Shown piece after piece: positions 1-9,944 of a DNA stretch of 64,000 nt. Both the position numbers and the translations under genes were made by a program. Numbering within the stretch: position 1 is the first letter of the stretch; the number at the start of each line of letters is the position of its first letter. The stretch comes from Cyclobacteriaceae bacterium (GTDB lineage: Bacteria > Bacteroidota > Bacteroidia > Cytophagales > Cyclobacteriaceae): assembly GCA_028285685.1 (NCBI GenBank), contig JANQOR010000014.1, positions 48,287 through 112,286 on the forward strand, given 5' to 3'. The notes under the pieces are model-generated. The model had not been told where the DNA came from. It did not search any database and saw only the letters and a list, made by a program, of their open reading frames with translations.

Positions 1-103
1 TGAATGTTACATAGGAGTCTTGAGGTACAGGTTCAGGAGATTGACCCACTGCCCCTAGTCCAAGGTTGAATAAGAAGAGAATGAGTAGAGACTTAAACTT
101 CAT
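1..103 (-). CDS. 5' end of an exported protein gene running off the left edge (partial)
   Basis: A minus-strand ATG at 103..101 gives MKFKSLLILFLFNLGLGAVGQSPEPVPQDSYVTF..., which has a signal-peptide-like N-terminus. The frame is open to position 1. It is too short to appear in the ORF track. Confidence 0.35.
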   Translation of the reverse strand, partial: MKFKSLLILFLFNLGLGAVGQSPEPVPQDSYVTF

Positions 104-270
104 AGTTAGTGGTGAATTGGTAAAAGTTAGTCTTGGCAAGCCCTCGAATCCCTCAATTTTTTCTCACTTTTTCTAGCCAAATCCATTGTCAACATTGTAA
201 AAAGTAGTTCCTCAGCACTTTAAAATGTGATTTGTTCAACAGCTGCACATACCTGGATTAATTTTACCTA

Positions 271-2142
271 ATGAATTACTTGTCCGTTGAAGGCCTCACT
301 AAAAGTTATGATGAGAAACAGCTCTTTAGCAATTTCACCTTTGGTTTGGATCAAGGACAAAAGGCGGCACTAGTAGGTGTTAATGGCTGTGGTAAATCCA
401 CCTTACTTAAGGTCATTGCGGGCATCGAAGCTCCGGATCAAGGGCTCGTTTCTTTCCGAAAGGGTGTGAAAGTAGCTATTCTTCGCCAACATCCTGAATT
501 CGACGAAAATGCCAATATTTCCGAGACGGTTTTTTCTGAGGATAAGGAAGAGTTAAACCTGATAAGAGATTATGAATTGGGCCTGCTGAAAACGGAAACG
601 GATCCTGCAAATGCATCGGATCTTGCCCTGCTCGTTGAAAAAATGGATGCCCTAAATGTCTGGGACTACGAGCATCAAATCAAGACATTGCTGGGGAAGC
701 TAGGCCTGCATAATCTTGAGCAGAAAATGGGTGAGTTATCTGGTGGCCAGAGGAAGAGAGTGGCTCTTGCACAGGCTCTTGTCTCCAATCCGGATTTTCT
801 AATACTCGATGAGCCAACAAATCACCTAGATCTGGAGGTGATAGAGTGGCTCGAAAGTTATCTGGCCACCCAAAATCTGACTCTGCTAATGGTAACTCAT
901 GACCGGTACTTCCTGGATCGTGTCACCAATGAGATCTTGGAGATTGAAAATGGGAATCTTTATCGATACAAAGGCAATTACAGTCATTTTCTGGAAAAGA
1001 AGGCAGAGCGACAGGAAATGGAGGAGGTTACCATCTCGAAGGCAAGGAATTTACTTAAGACCGAGCTTGAATGGATGAGAAGACAGCCAAAAGCCCGGGG
1101 AACCAAGGCTAAATACCGAGTTGATGCATTTCACGACCTAAAAGAAACTGCTAATAGCGGATCTCGAGATGCTAAAATGGAAGTCAATCTAAAAGGAGAA
1201 CGACAGGGCAAGAAAATTCTCGAACTAGACCACATTACAAAATCTTTTAGAAGTAGCACCTTAGTTGCGGATTTCAGCTACGTTTTCAAACGTAAAGAAC
1301 ATGTTGGAATTATTGGTCCGAATGGCGTGGGGAAATCCACATTCCTTAACATTCTAGCGCAACGAGTCAAGCCCGACGAAGGCAAGATTGATGTTGGTTT
1401 GACAACCAAGTTTGGGTATTACATGCAAGATGAAACCATTTTTGATCCCAACAAGAAAGTTTTGGACATTGTCAAAGAAGTTGCTGAATACATAAAGCTT
1501 GATAATGGTTCGGAAATCACAGCTTCCCAGCTCCTGAATCAATTCCTCTTTCCTCCCAAGATGCAACACAACTTTGTGGGAAAGTTAAGTGGTGGTGAAA
1601 AAAGGAGGTTGCAATTGCTACGGGTCTTGATGGCCAATCCAAATTTTCTTATACTGGATGAGCCTACCAACGATCTTGACATCACGACATTGAATGTCTT
1701 GGAAGACTATCTTCAAAGTTTCAGCGGCTGCCTAGTGATCGTGTCACATGATCGGTATTTTATGGATCGTCTTGTACACCACTTGTTTGTGTTTAAGGGT
1801 GATGGAATTATTCAAAATTACCCGGGTAATTATTCAGACTTCCGGAATGAAGTAGGAATACCAGCATCTGAACCCGTAGCGCCAAGTAAGAAGTCCAAAG
1901 TTCCGCTAAAAAAGGAGGCGAATTCGACTCAAAGGAAGCTAAGCTACAATGAGCAACGAGAACTAAAAGAACTTGACACCTTGATCCCCAAATTGGAAGC
2001 AAGAAAAAGTGAACTACATCACTCGTTAAGCAGTGAAAGCGAGTACGAAAAACTTCAAGCACTTAGTGAGCAGATCAAAGAGGTAGAGGAGGAGCTTGAG
2101 GAAAAAGAAATGCGTTGGCTCGAATTAAGTGAGTTCGCCTGA
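271..2142 (+). CDS. ABC-F family ATPase (Uup/YbiT-like; two ABC cassettes, no membrane domain)
   Basis: Walker A motifs GVNGCGKST and GPNGVGKST. Signature motifs LSGGQRKR and LSGGEKRR. Walker B motifs LILDEPTNHLD and LILDEPTNDLD. There is a charged inter-domain linker and a coiled C-terminal tail. Confidence 0.9.
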   Translation: MNYLSVEGLTKSYDEKQLFSNFTFGLDQGQKAALVGVNGCGKSTLLKVIAGIEAPDQGLVSFRKGVKVAILRQHPEFDENANISETVFSEDKEELNLIRDYELGLLKTETDPANASDLALLVEKMDALNVWDYEHQIKTLLGKLGLHNLEQKMGELSGGQRKRVALAQALVSNPDFLILDEPTNHLDLEVIEWLESYLATQNLTLLMVTHDRYFLDRVTNEILEIENGNLYRYKGNYSHFLEKKAERQEMEEVTISKARNLLKTELEWMRRQPKARGTKAKYRVDAFHDLKETANSGSRDAKMEVNLKGERQGKKILELDHITKSFRSSTLVADFSYVFKRKEHVGIIGPNGVGKSTFLNILAQRVKPDEGKIDVGLTTKFGYYMQDETIFDPNKKVLDIVKEVAEYIKLDNGSEITASQLLNQFLFPPKMQHNFVGKLSGGEKRRLQLLRVLMANPNFLILDEPTNDLDITTLNVLEDYLQSFSGCLVIVSHDRYFMDRLVHHLFVFKGDGIIQNYPGNYSDFRNEVGIPASEPVAPSKKSKVPLKKEANSTQRKLSYNEQRELKELDTLIPKLEARKSELHHSLSSESEYEKLQALSEQIKEVEEELEEKEMRWLELSEFA

Positions 2143-2174
2143 ATTGAATAAGTTTGAATCCAAATCGTGAAGGC

Positions 2175-3005
2175 ATGAGAGGATTTTTACACGCTTTTTT
2201 GATATCCATATCAGGATGTCTGATGGCTCAAGACTCCATCTTTCAAGGTGTTCTAAATTGGTCACAGTGGGAAGAAGACGTAAGCGATGAAAACAGAAAG
2301 TTGAGGTTGGACGAACTCACGCGCAAAGTAGAAAAAATCCCACGGTCAATTGTCCAGCAGTACTCCCTGGGTAAGAATCGTGATCGCTTCCACTTTATCA
2401 ATGTCAACAACGACTCTCAATTAGACCTTATATACAATGGTCCAATTGGCGAATCTGATGGGATCATCATTTTTGTCAAAACCGGCTCGACCTACCAAAT
2501 GTCGAACGTGCTGGGAGGCGAAATCATCGGTATTGAGAGATCGAAGCTATCTGGGTTGCTAAACTTTAAAATTTCTCAGAATCCATGTTGCCCAGCAGAA
2601 GAGCAATACCGATTAGTTGCCCATATTTCTATTCGCCCCAACGACGTAAAGTTGCTAACCTCTGTGGAATACTCATACAAGAGAAACACCGAACTCCCAG
2701 CAACTTATTTTTCACCAAGGCCTTTCGTGACTATTAGAACGCATTACAACCTGCGAGCACAACCCACTATAGATTCGAAATCAAATGACTGGGCAGAAAA
2801 TATCGGAGGAAATGTAGTAGCCATCTATCCTCAGGGATCTCTGGGAAAGGCCATTGCTGAGAAGATTGACGAGAAAGGCAGACTTTGGTGGTTCGTTATC
2901 ATGGAAAACAATATAGTTCCTACCAAGTCATTGTTAGTCTACCGTAAACCCACAAATATGTCGGTTGGGTGGATGAGTAGTAAGTTCCTACAGGAGGTCA
3001 AATAG
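2175..3005 (+). CDS. hypothetical secreted protein (possible SH3-like C-terminal region)
   Basis: This is a long ORF. The track starts at TTG 2154, but ATG 2175 gives the signal-like N-terminus MRGFLHAFLISISGCLMAQDS. I recognised no catalytic motif. Confidence 0.55.
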   Translation: MRGFLHAFLISISGCLMAQDSIFQGVLNWSQWEEDVSDENRKLRLDELTRKVEKIPRSIVQQYSLGKNRDRFHFINVNNDSQLDLIYNGPIGESDGIIIFVKTGSTYQMSNVLGGEIIGIERSKLSGLLNFKISQNPCCPAEEQYRLVAHISIRPNDVKLLTSVEYSYKRNTELPATYFSPRPFVTIRTHYNLRAQPTIDSKSNDWAENIGGNVVAIYPQGSLGKAIAEKIDEKGRLWWFVIMENNIVPTKSLLVYRKPTNMSVGWMSSKFLQEVK

Positions 3006-3015
3006 TAAAATTGTA

Positions 3016-3714
3016 ATGCTCAATAATAGACTTTCATTGATTCTCCTTACTCTCTTACTTGTGACAGGATGTGTAACAATTGCGCCTCCATCTCCGCTGC
3101 TTACATACGGAGGGCCAAAAATCACTCCAGAAGGTGAGTCGGAGGCTGGTGTTGCAGTTGGTACAGGAGTTGCGCTGTTCGATGGTGCACATTCCGGAGC
3201 TAATGGATGGTTTGCAAGATATAAATATGGAATAGGCAAAAAGTGGGACCTTGGTGTGGATTTTTCGGGCGCATCACGAAATGACGGCCAGTATCTCGGA
3301 GGTAAAATAGCAAGCCGATATCAACTTTCTCATGAGACACGGTTAGAGTTAGCAGTTGGAGCTGCTGACGATTCTAGTGGCAAGAGTCTAAATACAGACG
3401 TAGCAATTACGATAGGAACCACAAAGGATCGTACCTGGAATTACTACACAAGTTTGCGATTTGCTTATGCAAATGGTTACGCAGGTAATGTGTTGACGCT
3501 CCCAGGGCAAACACAGGGAACAGACTCCATTCCTCCACCCAATACTTCTTTTCTTATGCTAAATGTTGGTACTCAGGGTGAAATTACTCACAACCAAAGA
3601 ATCATCTTTGAAGGGGGTTATGGATACATTTTTCCACAAGGAGTCGATGAAGGACCGGGCTTTTATCTGACCGCCGGGCTACTCTTCAATCTCAATAGTG
3701 GTAAAGACAACTAG
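3016..3714 (+). CDS. hypothetical lipoprotein, beta-rich (possible small outer-membrane barrel)
   Basis: Lipobox LLVTGC after a hydrophobic leader. The protein is Gly/Tyr/aromatic-rich with an alternating pattern and ends in an aromatic-rich segment (YLTAGLLFNL). Confidence 0.55.
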   Translation: MLNNRLSLILLTLLLVTGCVTIAPPSPLLTYGGPKITPEGESEAGVAVGTGVALFDGAHSGANGWFARYKYGIGKKWDLGVDFSGASRNDGQYLGGKIASRYQLSHETRLELAVGAADDSSGKSLNTDVAITIGTTKDRTWNYYTSLRFAYANGYAGNVLTLPGQTQGTDSIPPPNTSFLMLNVGTQGEITHNQRIIFEGGYGYIFPQGVDEGPGFYLTAGLLFNLNSGKDN

Positions 3715-4364
3715 TTCTCTTTCTCTTTCAATATTGCCTTGAATTTCTTGGCAACCTTGTTGATCTTCGGACGTGATACAGCAAGAATGTAGGGATTATT
3801 GGGGTTCTTCACCTCATAGTCCTGATGATATTCCTCAGCATCATAGAACTTGTCAAATACAATCAACTGGGTGTCTATAGGTTTGTTGTATTCTGGCGAC
3901 AGTTCCTTGATTTTCTCTTCAGCCAATCGTTTTTGCTCATCATCGTGATAGAAGATCGCAGAGCGGTATTGTGGCCCGATATCATTTCCCTGGCCATTTG
4001 TCTGGGTAGGATCGTGTGTTGTAAAGAAGATATCAAGCAAAGTGTTGTAATCAATGACTTCAGGATCATAAAAAACCTGGACTGCTTCAAAATGCTTTGT
4101 TAGCCCAGAACTGACCAACTTATAATCAGCCGTTGACTTTTTTCCCCCAGTGTAACCTGACACGGCAGAAGCAACTCCTTTGATTTGTTCAAAAGAAGCT
4201 TCTACACACCAGAAACATCCTCCGGCAAATGTTGCAACTTCCAAATTCTGATAGTCAATAACCGCAACCGGCTTGGCCTCAGATTGATTTCCCTGCGATT
4301 GGCAGCTAAAGAGAAGTATACCTACGAAGATTAGCACAGATTTCATTCTTTTATCATTTTTCAA
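3711..4364 (-). CDS. msrA: peptide-methionine (S)-S-oxide reductase MsrA, exported/lipoprotein form
   Basis: The catalytic GGCFWCVE motif is present, along with the conserved blocks GYTGG, EAVQVFYDP and HDPTQ.NGQGND.G.QYRSAIFY. The N-terminal leader ends in LFSC. Confidence 0.9.
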   Translation of the reverse strand: MKNDKRMKSVLIFVGILLFSCQSQGNQSEAKPVAVIDYQNLEVATFAGGCFWCVEASFEQIKGVASAVSGYTGGKKSTADYKLVSSGLTKHFEAVQVFYDPEVIDYNTLLDIFFTTHDPTQTNGQGNDIGPQYRSAIFYHDDEQKRLAEEKIKELSPEYNKPIDTQLIVFDKFYDAEEYHQDYEVKNPNNPYILAVSRPKINKVAKKFKAILKEKEN

Positions 4365-4456
4365 CCATCATAGGTACGAAGATTTTCTGATTTAGATCAC
4401 TTAACAATATCTAATTGTAACAAGGATTACATTGTATTGTTTGAGACAAATCGTTA

Positions 4457-6790
4457 TTAGAATTCAAGTTTGTAGCTGAGGTTTGGAATAAAACTAAGCT
4501 GCGTATCAGAACCCCATGCGAAGCGTTGAAGCTCGGTTTCCCTTTGCGTTAGGTTTTGGATATTCAGCGCGATCACAGAAGCTGTCTTTTCCTTGTTTTT
4601 TCTGTAGCTAATCCCAAGATCGAATCGGAAAAAATTGTCCAATTTCAATTGAAAATTTTGATCATAGCGATAAACTGTAAATCCCCTATTGGTGGATTCG
4701 GCAAAATTTATGGGAGCCTGACGTTTACCCCCGGAACTTAGAATTTTCCAATTGAAGCCCAGTCTGTTGTTTCCATTTCTCCCAACCTTTAATTCCCTAC
4801 CACCAACTATGTTGAATACATAGCCACTATCAAACTGAGTACTTCGCTCAACACCATCAGCTCCTGTATATCTTGACTCAAAGATTGAAAGTGTTGTGAG
4901 GAAATAGAATCCCTTGGAAAAAAATCGCTCCAAAGTGAATTCGATACCATAATTCCTGCCTGTTCCATTATTCGCCAACTCGAAGGTTGTGTAGCCGTCT
5001 TCAAAGGAGTTGAGCGCAGAAAAAGTTAGTGCTTCAAAACTTGATGTAGTGTCATTAGGCCATATGGGAACATCATAGAGGCTTTGATAATAAACTTCGG
5101 TCTTAAACCTCCAGCTTGATCCTAGAGGTTTTTCATATCCCAATACTCCGTGTACCGCCCGCGTAAACCCTAGATCTTTGTTGTTTTGCCTAAAACTGCC
5201 ATCTTCCTGCTCTTGTTGCGCTAAGTAGAGGGCAATGGTCTCCATACGATTGTGCATTCCAAATCCTCCGGAAAAAATGTGTTTTCCCCTATTCCACTTG
5301 AATCCTGCACGAGGTTCCAGGTAAGATTTTCCATTGAGTCCGAAACGGGTAAAATGCAGTCCTGTGTTAAAAGTCAGTTTTTCATTCGCGCGGAATTGCC
5401 AATTGCCGAAGCTCTGAAACAAGTCGGTTTTGCCTTCATCAGTCAGTGAGACGAAGTGTCTTTGTAGCCTCCTATTCCAGAATTGGTTTTCAAGATCGTA
5501 TCCAAGCTTACTATAAATCCCACCTACTCGAAGTGTGTGACGCGCAGAAAATTTATGATTGTAGAACGAGGAAAACCGCATTTGATCTTCTATAAAAACC
5601 TCTCTATCTAATACCAATTGCTGCAATGAGTCATAGTTGAAACTCAATTTGTTGTATGAAGTGGAAAAAATTGTCTCGAAGAATGAGTCATCTGAGACAT
5701 AAAAAACATTTGTAATCCCAGCCACTCCCATTGTCTGCTCATCGTCCTCAAATCCGGTATCTCCCTGGCTGAGATCAGGAACTGAGGTAAAAGTACTTTT
5801 TCCACCAAGCCCCCAGATCGAAAAGGACCCCAACTTTGCCGTTGGAAGATGGACTTTGAACGAGAGATCCTGGAAAACTATCTCCTCTCGCTCGCTGAAC
5901 AGGTCAAGACCAAGATCCGTCAACATTGCCAATGTCGAGTATCGGTAATTGAACAAGTAAGAGGCTCTTGATTTCTTTGATAGTGGACCTTCAGAAGTGG
6001 CTGCAATTCCGAGCAAGCCCGCCTGAAAGCCATGCTCATGCTTGTCGAAGTTTCCTTTGCGGAGATTGAGATCAAACACTCCGGAGGTTGCATTGCCGTA
6101 CTGGGCTGGAAAAGCCCCTGTGAAAAAATCAGAATTGGAGAGAACATTTGAACTAAGCATACTGATCCCTCCACCAGAGGAACCAATGTCCGCAAAGTGA
6201 TTGGGATTTGGTATTTCCACGCCTTCCATTCGCCACAAAATCCCTTTAGGAGCATTTCCCCGGATAACGATTTCATTTAGGAGATCGTCGCCCGCAGTTT
6301 GTACTCCGGCATAACCCAAAGCAGCACGAGCGGGATCGTCAAAGGTGGCGGCAAAACGGCTTGTTTCTTCCACGCTTAGTGAAATGGCACTGATAGTCGC
6401 TAGCTCATTTCTTGGCTGCCCTTTTTCTTCCGTATCGGCCGTGATCACAACTTCGTCCATCTGGATCAAGGACTCCTTCAAGGTGATATTTAACACAAGC
6501 TCCTTGCCAGAGCCCACTAAGAGGTTGGATACCGCCGCAGCTTCGTATCCAACAGAGGAAACACTCAGTGATTGTCTTCCGATCGGGACATTGTCTATTC
6601 TGAAAAAACCCTCTACATCTGTGATGCCTCCTAAAGGTGGATCGATGCCCACCACTTGGACAGTAGCACCGATCACAGCTGTTCGAGATTGCTCGTCAAT
6701 GACCTGACCTTTAATTGTTTGTGTAAGTGTTTGTGAAAAACCAGTGATGACCAGACACACACATGCCCAGCTTAGTAGTACTTTTTTCAT
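4457..6790 (-). CDS. TonB-dependent outer-membrane receptor with CarboxypepD_reg-like N-domain
   Basis: Signal peptide, followed by IKGQVIDEQS...GATVQVVG (carboxypeptidase-regulatory-like fold), a plug region, a long beta-barrel and a terminal ...LSYKLEF aromatic residue. Confidence 0.85.
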   Translation of the reverse strand: MKKVLLSWACVCLVITGFSQTLTQTIKGQVIDEQSRTAVIGATVQVVGIDPPLGGITDVEGFFRIDNVPIGRQSLSVSSVGYEAAAVSNLLVGSGKELVLNITLKESLIQMDEVVITADTEEKGQPRNELATISAISLSVEETSRFAATFDDPARAALGYAGVQTAGDDLLNEIVIRGNAPKGILWRMEGVEIPNPNHFADIGSSGGGISMLSSNVLSNSDFFTGAFPAQYGNATSGVFDLNLRKGNFDKHEHGFQAGLLGIAATSEGPLSKKSRASYLFNYRYSTLAMLTDLGLDLFSEREEIVFQDLSFKVHLPTAKLGSFSIWGLGGKSTFTSVPDLSQGDTGFEDDEQTMGVAGITNVFYVSDDSFFETIFSTSYNKLSFNYDSLQQLVLDREVFIEDQMRFSSFYNHKFSARHTLRVGGIYSKLGYDLENQFWNRRLQRHFVSLTDEGKTDLFQSFGNWQFRANEKLTFNTGLHFTRFGLNGKSYLEPRAGFKWNRGKHIFSGGFGMHNRMETIALYLAQQEQEDGSFRQNNKDLGFTRAVHGVLGYEKPLGSSWRFKTEVYYQSLYDVPIWPNDTTSSFEALTFSALNSFEDGYTTFELANNGTGRNYGIEFTLERFFSKGFYFLTTLSIFESRYTGADGVERSTQFDSGYVFNIVGGRELKVGRNGNNRLGFNWKILSSGGKRQAPINFAESTNRGFTVYRYDQNFQLKLDNFFRFDLGISYRKNKEKTASVIALNIQNLTQRETELQRFAWGSDTQLSFIPNLSYKLEF

Positions 6791-6976
6791 TTTGAGTTAG
6801 TAGTTCGGGTGAGAAACCTTAATACAGACAGGATAATCAAGATAAGGTTTCGAAAATTTTGTGTTTTTAACATTGTTGATGCGAAATGCAAAAGGCAGCT
6901 GTATTTGATCGCATAAGGTTTTGTCCTTTTTTTAAGTTAAAATTCTGTTAGTGTTCTTGTGTAAGTACCTTTGAAT

Positions 6977-7576
6977 ATGTTAAAACCCTATTTCCAGACA
7001 AAAAAAATTGAAGCAGGTTGCGATGAGGCTGGAAGGGGGTGTTTGGCAGGCCCGGTTGTAGCTGCTGCGGTGATCCTCCCAAAAGACTATTATCACGAGG
7101 AATTGAATGATTCCAAGCAATTGTCAGAAAAACAAAGAGATGATATCAAGAAGGACATCATCAAAGATGCTATCGCCTGGGGAGTAGGAGTTGCATCGCC
7201 AGGGGAGATTGATGATATCAATATTTTGAATGCTAGTTACCTAGCGATGCATCGGGCCATTGAGCAATTAAAACTCAGACCGAAGCTGTTGTTGATTGAC
7301 GGAAATCGTTTCAAACCATTCAACGAAATTCCTCATGAATGTATAATCAAAGGAGACGGAAAGTATTTTTCAATTGCAGCTGCCTCTGTTTTAGCTAAAA
7401 CATACCGTGATGAACTGATGCGTCAATTAGCACTAGAATTTCCTGAATACGGGTGGGAAACGAATGTGGGGTATCCGACACCGGCACACAGGGATGGATT
7501 GAGAGACCATGGCTCCACTCCACATCATCGAAAGAGCTTTCAGCTCTTACCACCAGTACAGCTTGAGTTATTTTGA
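6977..7576 (+). CDS. rnhB: ribonuclease HII
   Basis: [19 protein letters not shown] (DEDD active-site block), DSKQLS, IDGN and ASVLAK motifs. The track start is TTG 6971; ATG 6977 is the likelier start. Confidence 0.9.
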   Translation: MLKPYFQTKKIEAGCDEAGRGCLAGPVVAAAVILPKDYYHEELNDSKQLSEKQRDDIKKDIIKDAIAWGVGVASPGEIDDINILNASYLAMHRAIEQLKLRPKLLLIDGNRFKPFNEIPHECIIKGDGKYFSIAAASVLAKTYRDELMRQLALEFPEYGWETNVGYPTPAHRDGLRDHGSTPHHRKSFQLLPPVQLELF

Positions 7577-7960
7577 GCGCGAGGCTCTCTTTTTCTTAAT
7601 TGCAGATTTTATATTGCTTTCATCCAGAGGTTTCTCGATCAAATCGTAAACGAGTGGATTGCTGTTCGCCTTTTCCCGATCCGAAGGGTCTATGGAGGAA
7701 GTGACCACAAAGATGGCCATTCGTTTTCTTTCTCTTTTAGCAAGTTCCTCCAACACCTCCCAACCGTCAAGTATCGGCATGTTTAGATCCAAAAACATAA
7801 TGTCCACATCCGTTTCCTCCAGAAATTCAAGTGCTTCTTCACCATGGGGTACAGTGAAGATTTCGGCATCAGGAAAGAGTTTCTCTATTGTTATGGTTCC
7901 CAATACCAAAAAAATGTCGTCATCATCGACAAGCAATATTTTCTTTACTTTACTAGCCAT
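7568..7960 (-). CDS. stand-alone response regulator receiver (CheY-like, no output domain)
   Basis: KILLVDDDD acidic pocket, phospho-acceptor context [10 protein letters not shown], and VVTSS...K. The ATG at 7960 overlaps the stop of the upstream kinase (7955..7953) by 8 nt. The track's longer start at 7999 is probably an extension. Confidence 0.85.
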   Translation of the reverse strand: MASKVKKILLVDDDDIFLVLGTITIEKLFPDAEIFTVPHGEEALEFLEETDVDIMFLDLNMPILDGWEVLEELAKRERKRMAIFVVTSSIDPSDREKANSNPLVYDLIEKPLDESNIKSAIKKKRASRSK

Positions 7961-9923
7961 TAAAATACAACTTGAAAGTTGTCCCCTTGTTAATCTCACT
8001 CTCCAGGTCGATCCTACCTCCCATTGCTTCCGTCTGCTGCTTGGTCATAAAAAGCCCCATTCCCTGACCCTCACTTTCCCTTGAATGAAATCTAGATCCT
8101 AGTTTAAACACCTTTTCTTTAAATCTGCCTAAATCTATACCTAATCCGTGATCTTTTATCATCACAAGTATTTCTTTATTTAGTTTTTTCGCCGAAATCT
8201 CAATTTTTTTCGACCCTTCCACAGTTCCATATTTTATTGCATTTGTGATCAGATTGTTAAAAATACTGATCAAGTAAGTAGTCGAACCGTTTATTATCAT
8301 ATTTTTCTCTATGTCGGTCTTAATTTCAATTTCATTTTCTTTTATTATCTGATTGTTGAGCTCAAGTACTCCATTTACTGTTTCGAGAAGATTGACATTT
8401 TCGGGTTCAAGTCGAGACACCTCATTTTCAAAATTGAGCAGCTCGTTAATATTATCTATCGCATCGTTTAGCTTGCTCGTGGTGGTTTTTAACATGCCCA
8501 GATATTCTTTATTCGTTGGGTCAGACTCCAGCACGTTAGCAAGTCCGATCAAGTTTGCGACAGATGAACGAAAATTATGGGAGGTGATGTACGAAAAATC
8601 CTTGAGCCTCTTGTTTTGCATATTAGTAGTGACCAGCAATTTTTCAAGTTGCTTTTGATTTCTAGAACGTGTCACAATGTTCACAAGGATCTCCGCGGTG
8701 ACTTTAAGAAGCAAAATCTCATCCTCAGTATAGCTACGAAAGTTCCGAACTGAATCAAATCCAACAAATCCCATACATTGATCATCACTCATCATCGGGA
8801 CGGTAATCAAGCTTTTTATATCCTGCGATTGTAGCATTTCCCTTGATTCTTTCTCCTCTAAAAGTGAAACGTCCGGAATAAACACAGGCTTCCCTTCAAG
8901 ATGATTATCAACCAATACTGGATATTGATCCATTCTCAAATTCTGACACTCATCGATCACAGACCGGATGCCTTTTCGATACCATTCGAAAGTGTTGCTG
9001 TACAATTGAGAATCTAAATTGTATTCAAAAATATAAGCTCTATCCGCATTGACGAATTTTCCCAATTCCTCAAGGGAACTTACAATAGATTCATCCACCA
9101 GCTCCACCGGCATGTTGATGTATTCGGACGAGAGATTGATGAGCACTTTTTGCATCGAAGCATAGTACTTTAGTGCCTCATCTGATTCCTTCTGCTTTGT
9201 TATATCTCGAATTGCGCCATCGAAATAAATTGCCCCATTTTCTCCTTCTGTTTTTATGGAACTCATGTAACCCCAGAAGGTGGAGCCATCCTTTCTTTTT
9301 AGTTCCACTTCTCTGTTGGAGATAGCACCATGTTCCACTAATTCTTCCACCAGCTTTTCTCGTTCCCCCGGGTTTAGGTACAAGTCAATTACTTTCCTAT
9401 CGTAAATCTCTTCCGGCTTGCCATAACCAAACATCCGGACAAATTCGTCATTGACATAGATGACTCCCTTACCTAACACACTTCGATAGATTCCTTCATT
9501 GATGTTTGTGCTGATATTCTGGAGAAGTCGATCACTCGCCTTCGCAAGTCTTGAGGTTTCTCGTAATTCTGTAACATCCCGAATGGCACCATCCCAAAAG
9601 ATCTTCCCGTTGGCATCTTCATAAATAACACTGCTTATCAATGCGTCAAATTCCTGACCATCTTTTCTTAGGAGTGTCACTTCCTCATTTTCGAACGAGC
9701 CAAAAGCTTTGAGCTTTTCAACCAATCTTGCCCTTTCCGAAGGCTCTTTGTAAAGCTTGAGTGAACTTCTGGATAAAACTTCCTCTTCAGAAGGGTAGCC
9801 GAACATTTTCGCAAAGGCATGGTTAACGTAGATCAGTCCTCTCTCATCACTCCGGTAAATACCCTCATTGATGTTCTGGTTAATGGATTCTAATAGCTGG
9901 CTGGCGTCCATAACAGTAGGCAA
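7953..9923 (-). CDS. PAS-PAS-GAF sensor histidine kinase
   Basis: Two PAS repeats (INEGIYRS...YVN..F..MFGY) and a GAF-like middle region. The H-box is ITSHNFRSSVANL. The HATPase N-box is NLITNAIKY, with G-boxes DHGLGID and GQGMGL. Confidence 0.85.
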   Translation of the reverse strand: MPTVMDASQLLESINQNINEGIYRSDERGLIYVNHAFAKMFGYPSEEEVLSRSSLKLYKEPSERARLVEKLKAFGSFENEEVTLLRKDGQEFDALISSVIYEDANGKIFWDGAIRDVTELRETSRLAKASDRLLQNISTNINEGIYRSVLGKGVIYVNDEFVRMFGYGKPEEIYDRKVIDLYLNPGEREKLVEELVEHGAISNREVELKRKDGSTFWGYMSSIKTEGENGAIYFDGAIRDITKQKESDEALKYYASMQKVLINLSSEYINMPVELVDESIVSSLEELGKFVNADRAYIFEYNLDSQLYSNTFEWYRKGIRSVIDECQNLRMDQYPVLVDNHLEGKPVFIPDVSLLEEKESREMLQSQDIKSLITVPMMSDDQCMGFVGFDSVRNFRSYTEDEILLLKVTAEILVNIVTRSRNQKQLEKLLVTTNMQNKRLKDFSYITSHNFRSSVANLIGLANVLESDPTNKEYLGMLKTTTSKLNDAIDNINELLNFENEVSRLEPENVNLLETVNGVLELNNQIIKENEIEIKTDIEKNMIINGSTTYLISIFNNLITNAIKYGTVEGSKKIEISAKKLNKEILVMIKDHGLGIDLGRFKEKVFKLGSRFHSRESEGQGMGLFMTKQQTEAMGGRIDLESEINKGTTFKLYFNG

Positions 9924-9944
9924 TATAAAATATAAAAAAGGTTC

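Noticed and set aside
5920-6707. Antisense ORFs of 118-120 aa within the TonB-dependent receptor gene.
   Set aside because: They lie entirely inside a confidently called receptor gene, have no motifs and show the composition typical of frame shadows.
6800-6900. Possible TPP-type riboswitch in the leader of the TonB-dependent receptor. On the minus strand, aaccttatcttgattatcctgtctg loosely resembles the ACCTGATCTGGATAATGCCAGCG core.
   Set aside because: I found no CTGAGA element and no convincing P4/P5 pairing. The resemblance is limited to a few bases.
7659-8084. 141-aa plus-strand ORF spanning the kinase/regulator junction.
   Set aside because: It is antisense to two overlapping, motif-supported two-component genes.
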